A stretch of 63,874 nucleotides of DNA, filler included, from Chiloscyllium plagiosum (Eukaryota), in assembly GCF_004010195.1 (NCBI RefSeq). It is 3 parts of 2 records of this genome, joined end to end, with 100 filler letters (N's around TTAATTAATTAA, not from the genome) between each part and the next. Parts side by side here need not be neighbours in the genome. Positions count along the whole stretch, not along the records: positions 55,898 to 63,874 come from NC_057717.1; 2 more parts are not named here. One strand, 5' to 3'. Shown here piece by piece: positions 60,026-63,874 of this stretch. The position numbers and the translations under genes were made by a program. The first letter of the stretch is position 1. Each line of letters begins with the position of its first letter. The notes beneath the pieces are model-generated. The model did no database searches. It was not told the origin of the DNA and was given only the letters and a program-made list of their open reading frames with translations.

Positions 60026-63000
60026 ACTTTTTAAATGAATTCTAATTCATTCCTGGGCATCGCTGGTTGGGCCAGCAATTATTGCTCATCCCTAGTGGTT
60101 GTTCAGACTGTGTTGTGGGTTTGGAAGTGCTCTAAGGAGCTTCTGTGCACATTTATAAAACTACTGAAGATTGTTGGGCCGAGGACATTCTCCTGAGGAA
60201 CTCCAACAGAAATGTTCTGTCGTTGTGATGACAAACCGTCAACAATCACAACCTTCTTCCTTTGTGCCAGGTACAACTCCAACCAGCAGAGAGTTTTCCT
60301 CGATTTCCATTGGCTCCAGATTTGCTCAGGCTCCTTGATGTCACACTCAGTCAAATGAGGCTTTAACATTAAACCCAGTCATACTCACACCATTCTCTGG
60401 TATCATCTCTTTTTTCTCCAAGGCAATGGGCACACACCACTCCCTCAGTGGAGAGGGGCAACTTGTGCTAAGTGTAACCTCGGGGTCACCATAGCTCAGG
60501 TCAGGGTAAGAAGAATAGTCCTTCATGGTAGCATCATCTAATATGGGAACAGGGCCAATGTAGTTGGTATGCCTCTATATTGCAAACCAGCTATCCAGCT
60601 CACTGAGAGAAGAGTGACTGAATGGGCATTCTCGAGAGACGGATATCTTTGGAAAACAATGCAATTTAGAGATGGGAGTGTTTGATTGGAAAACAATATT
60701 GCTTGTGGAATGAAAGTTATCATTTCATTAATTAATGTGATAGAATTGTCCAATCTTTAAAACTTAATTTTAGAAATACATGTATATTCATTTGAGCACT
60801 TAATATGCGTTGTCATGATCTGTTTTTTCACATTTGAATGAAACACTCATTTGAAGAGTGGTGGCACCTCACAATCCCCAGGTGATCCTCCACGGTATAG
60901 GTTAAAGGGCTGGGCAATGTGAGACATCAGTGTTTGATGGAGAGAGATTGACTGCAGCATGAAAACAAGATTATCTCAATGCTTAAAACATTTACAATTA
61001 TGAATAAATTATTCAAAATGGTTCTTGCCATGTTAGTATTCCTGATAAGTGATTAAAATTATTGAAGCTTTGTAAATCTGGGTGAGAGTTGCTCCCTGCA
61101 CTTTGTGATGGAAGATGTTACGTTCTGGTCCAGTGGTCGCCATTACACAGACACTCGAACATTGGTGTCTCTTATTAGGTCAGGTGTTATGAATGTTCTC
61201 TGTGCTTTAACTCTGATTTGTGAGGGCTTTTGCAGTGCAGTGGCAGTGTCCCTACCTCTGAACCACAAGGTCTGTGTTCAAATGCAAACCTGCATTGAAG
61301 GTGTGTTTCTAGGAAGGAGAGAAGGAGGGGCAAGAGAGGAGGGGAGTGGTGTTTTAGATAAGGGAAAACGTCATGGCAGTACTTAGAGAGGATATTCCTG
61401 ATGGATCATCCAGTGAAGTTGTATGGATGGAATTGAGAAAAATGAAGGGTGTGATCACGTTGGTGGGATTGCAATCTCGCCCTGACCCGCTCCCCCAATA
61501 CTCAGCAGGGAATTGGGGAGAAAATACGTGGGGAGCTCGCCAAAGGCTGTAAGAATGATAGGGTTGCAAGAAAAGGGGATTTTAACCTTCGAAATATGGA
61601 CTGGGAATGGATTGGACAACTTAGTGGGTATAATCAGAAAAATTTTCTCAATTAATATGAAGGCGGTCCTCCATGAGAAGGGGCAAAACCCAACCTTCTC
61701 TCAGGAAATAAGGCAGGGCAAGTGACTGAGGTATTAGTCGGGGGAGCACTAACTGCTATTCGATTAGTTTTAAAATAGCTAAGGAAAAGGATAGACTGGT
61801 CGACAAGTTAAAGTGTATGGAGCTGACAGTGGGGTCTTTGGACATTACAATCTGTAAGTGTGATTTGTAGAAACCTTTTCTGAGTCTTGTAAATGAGAGT
61901 GAGATTCACTCTGCATTCAGGTCTCTGTTATTCTTTACAAGCCTGATGGATTATGTTCATTTACTAAAGGCTTATCTCTATTTATGATTGTAATTGAATC
62001 TTTAATATTGCAGTGTACAAATAATTTTCGATGTGGTATATCAACTATAAAGAACCTGACCTCTAATGGGAGTATCCATTTGAATTGAATAACTTGCGTG
62101 CCTTCTGAACATGGAGCGAACCTACATGATATAAAACAGAAAGTGCTGCAAATACTTTATATGTCAGACAGCATTTGGAGAGAGAAAAACAAAATGAATG
62201 TTTCTTTCATCAGAGAGAGTGACTGAGAATTGCCAGCAGTCCCTGTGTTTATTTAATATTCACAGTATCTGGATTATACAGCTTTTCAAATGATAAATCT
62301 CCATAACATATTATTGGATTGGTTTACAGACTACTTTGGAGAGAAATATAAATCATTTCTTTCTCTCTTGTTCTATTTGAGTGTTCGAATAAAAATGTCC
62401 CTGGAAGGTGGGATCAGAGTGGGACCAAACACTGTCTCTGTCTGAGCCTGTGGGAGTGATGACCCTTCTGTGTCTCTGTACCTCTGTCAGTGATAATGTG
62501 AGTGTGTGTGAGAAGGAACTGCCTGCATTGTTACTTGAGTCTCAGCTGGAAGGTGGGAAGAAGAGCAGAAGGGAAAGGCTGTGCTGGTCGAGAGCGCAGG
62601 AGAGGCTTAAATGACACAGTAACAATATTAACCAAAATGGTGCAAGGAACGGGGTCAGGTTGAGGTGGGAGAATGGGAGAAGAGAAGAAACAAATGATTG
62701 GGGTGTAAATGATCCTCACTAACTGTCATCTAAAAACAAACAAAACAAAAGAAAATGGTGACAGAGATAAGAAAGTGAGGTACTCTGTCATGTCCCCCTT
62801 CACTGTTTGCAGGATGCACATTTACTCTCAGATTCTGAATAAATTCTGTCTGTTCTCTCATCATTAACTCTCGCATTGCCAGTTACTCTCAGTTTTAAAG
62901 GATCTTGTTTTAGCAAGCGGGCCTTGAGTCAATCAACCAATTCATTGAATTTACAGAAATTCGGTTCCAGCCCAGTTTCAATGGGAAGACACGGGGAAAT

Positions 63001-63672
63001 GCCCTCTGGCTGTTGATGTGGTGGACCCTTCCTCTCAGATCCTGAGAACTTCGCATGAAACAAAGAGTCTGTAACTGACAAGCAATCTTTGTGCACGTGA
63101 CATGTCTCCTACATGACAGAGATAGTTTGTGGTAAAGAGGCTGCAGGATACAGAGAGAGGGAGAGGTGGAGCTGTAGGAGGTGATTACAGAGATAGGGAG
63201 GCGAAGCAGGGTCTGGAGGTGGTTACAATGATAGGGTGGTGTTTCGGGGCAGGGTGATGTCACAGAAACATGGAGGAGTGCAGGTCCTGGAGGAGGTTAC
63301 GTAGATAGGGAAGCATGTTATTATTCCTGATCACCCAGCACTCCCTACACGTATAATCCTTGCCCTTCACCCTAACATGAACATAGTGTCCCTGAACTCT
63401 TAGTATCTCATTTTCAAAGGGTTCCCATTTTCCAGCCCTCCCTTTACCTGTGAACAATCAATTTTTGAAAAGTCTTGCCTAATATATTCAAAATTTGCCT
63501 TACTCCAATTTAGAACATTAACTTTAGATCCAATCTATCCTTTTCCATCACGATTTTAAAACAAGTAGAGCTTTGATCTCTGACCCCAAAGTGCTCCCCA
63601 GCCCTCCCTTATTTCCCAAGAGAAGGGCAAATTTTGCTCCTTTTACAAGTAGATTCACCCACGTAGCGAATC

Positions 63673-63874
63673 CAGTGACAGAGACACAGTGGGGTCAGTC
63701 TGCTCTCCCCTGGGTCAGTGACAGAGACACAGTGGGGTCAGTCTGCTCTCCCCTGGGTCAGTGACAGAGACACAGTGGGGTCAGTCTGCTGTACCCTGGG
63801 GTCAGCGACAGAGCCACAGTGGGTCAGTCTGCTCTCCACTGGGTCAGTGACAGAGACACAGTGGGATCAGTCTG
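63673..63874 (+). repeat. 43-bp minisatellite reaching the window end
   Basis: CAGTGACAGAGACACAGTGGGGTCAGTCTGCTCTCCCCTGGGT units. Confidence 0.95.

Noticed and set aside
62955..63075. Possible + strand exon after TTACAG
   Set aside because: No recognisable homology, and all frames stop before a convincing donor site.

Overview
Repeat-dense vertebrate DNA, almost certainly from a shark (inferred from HE1-type SINEs, HER1/CR1 LINEs with (CTATGTT)n tails and a SacSINE-type DeuSINE). Two artificial N44-TTAATTAATTAA-N44 linkers (27114-27213, 55798-55897) show that the window is at least three joined scaffolds. Genes: (1) a complete two-exon GPR139/142-like class A GPCR on the - strand (exon 1 7461-7530, absent from the ORF track; exon 2 4767-5680); (2) exons 2-5 of a SCARB2/LIMP-2-like CD36-family gene on the - strand; (3) two late DENND4B exons lying where SCARB2 exons 6+ should be; (4) three tRNA-Arg(CCG)-derived copies in a duplicated, partly inverted unit, one intact and two with CpG-decayed anticodons (CCA, CTG). 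Less obvious elements: a decayed MULE/Mutator transposase split by a nested LINE>SINE>SINE stack, and many short fold-back Penelope-derived insertions with minimal hammerhead-ribozyme motifs and 10-16 bp target-site duplications. Gypsy, Tx1, RTE and CR1 remnants and several minisatellites are also present. Family assignments come from motif recognition by eye, not database searches, and repeat boundaries are approximate.
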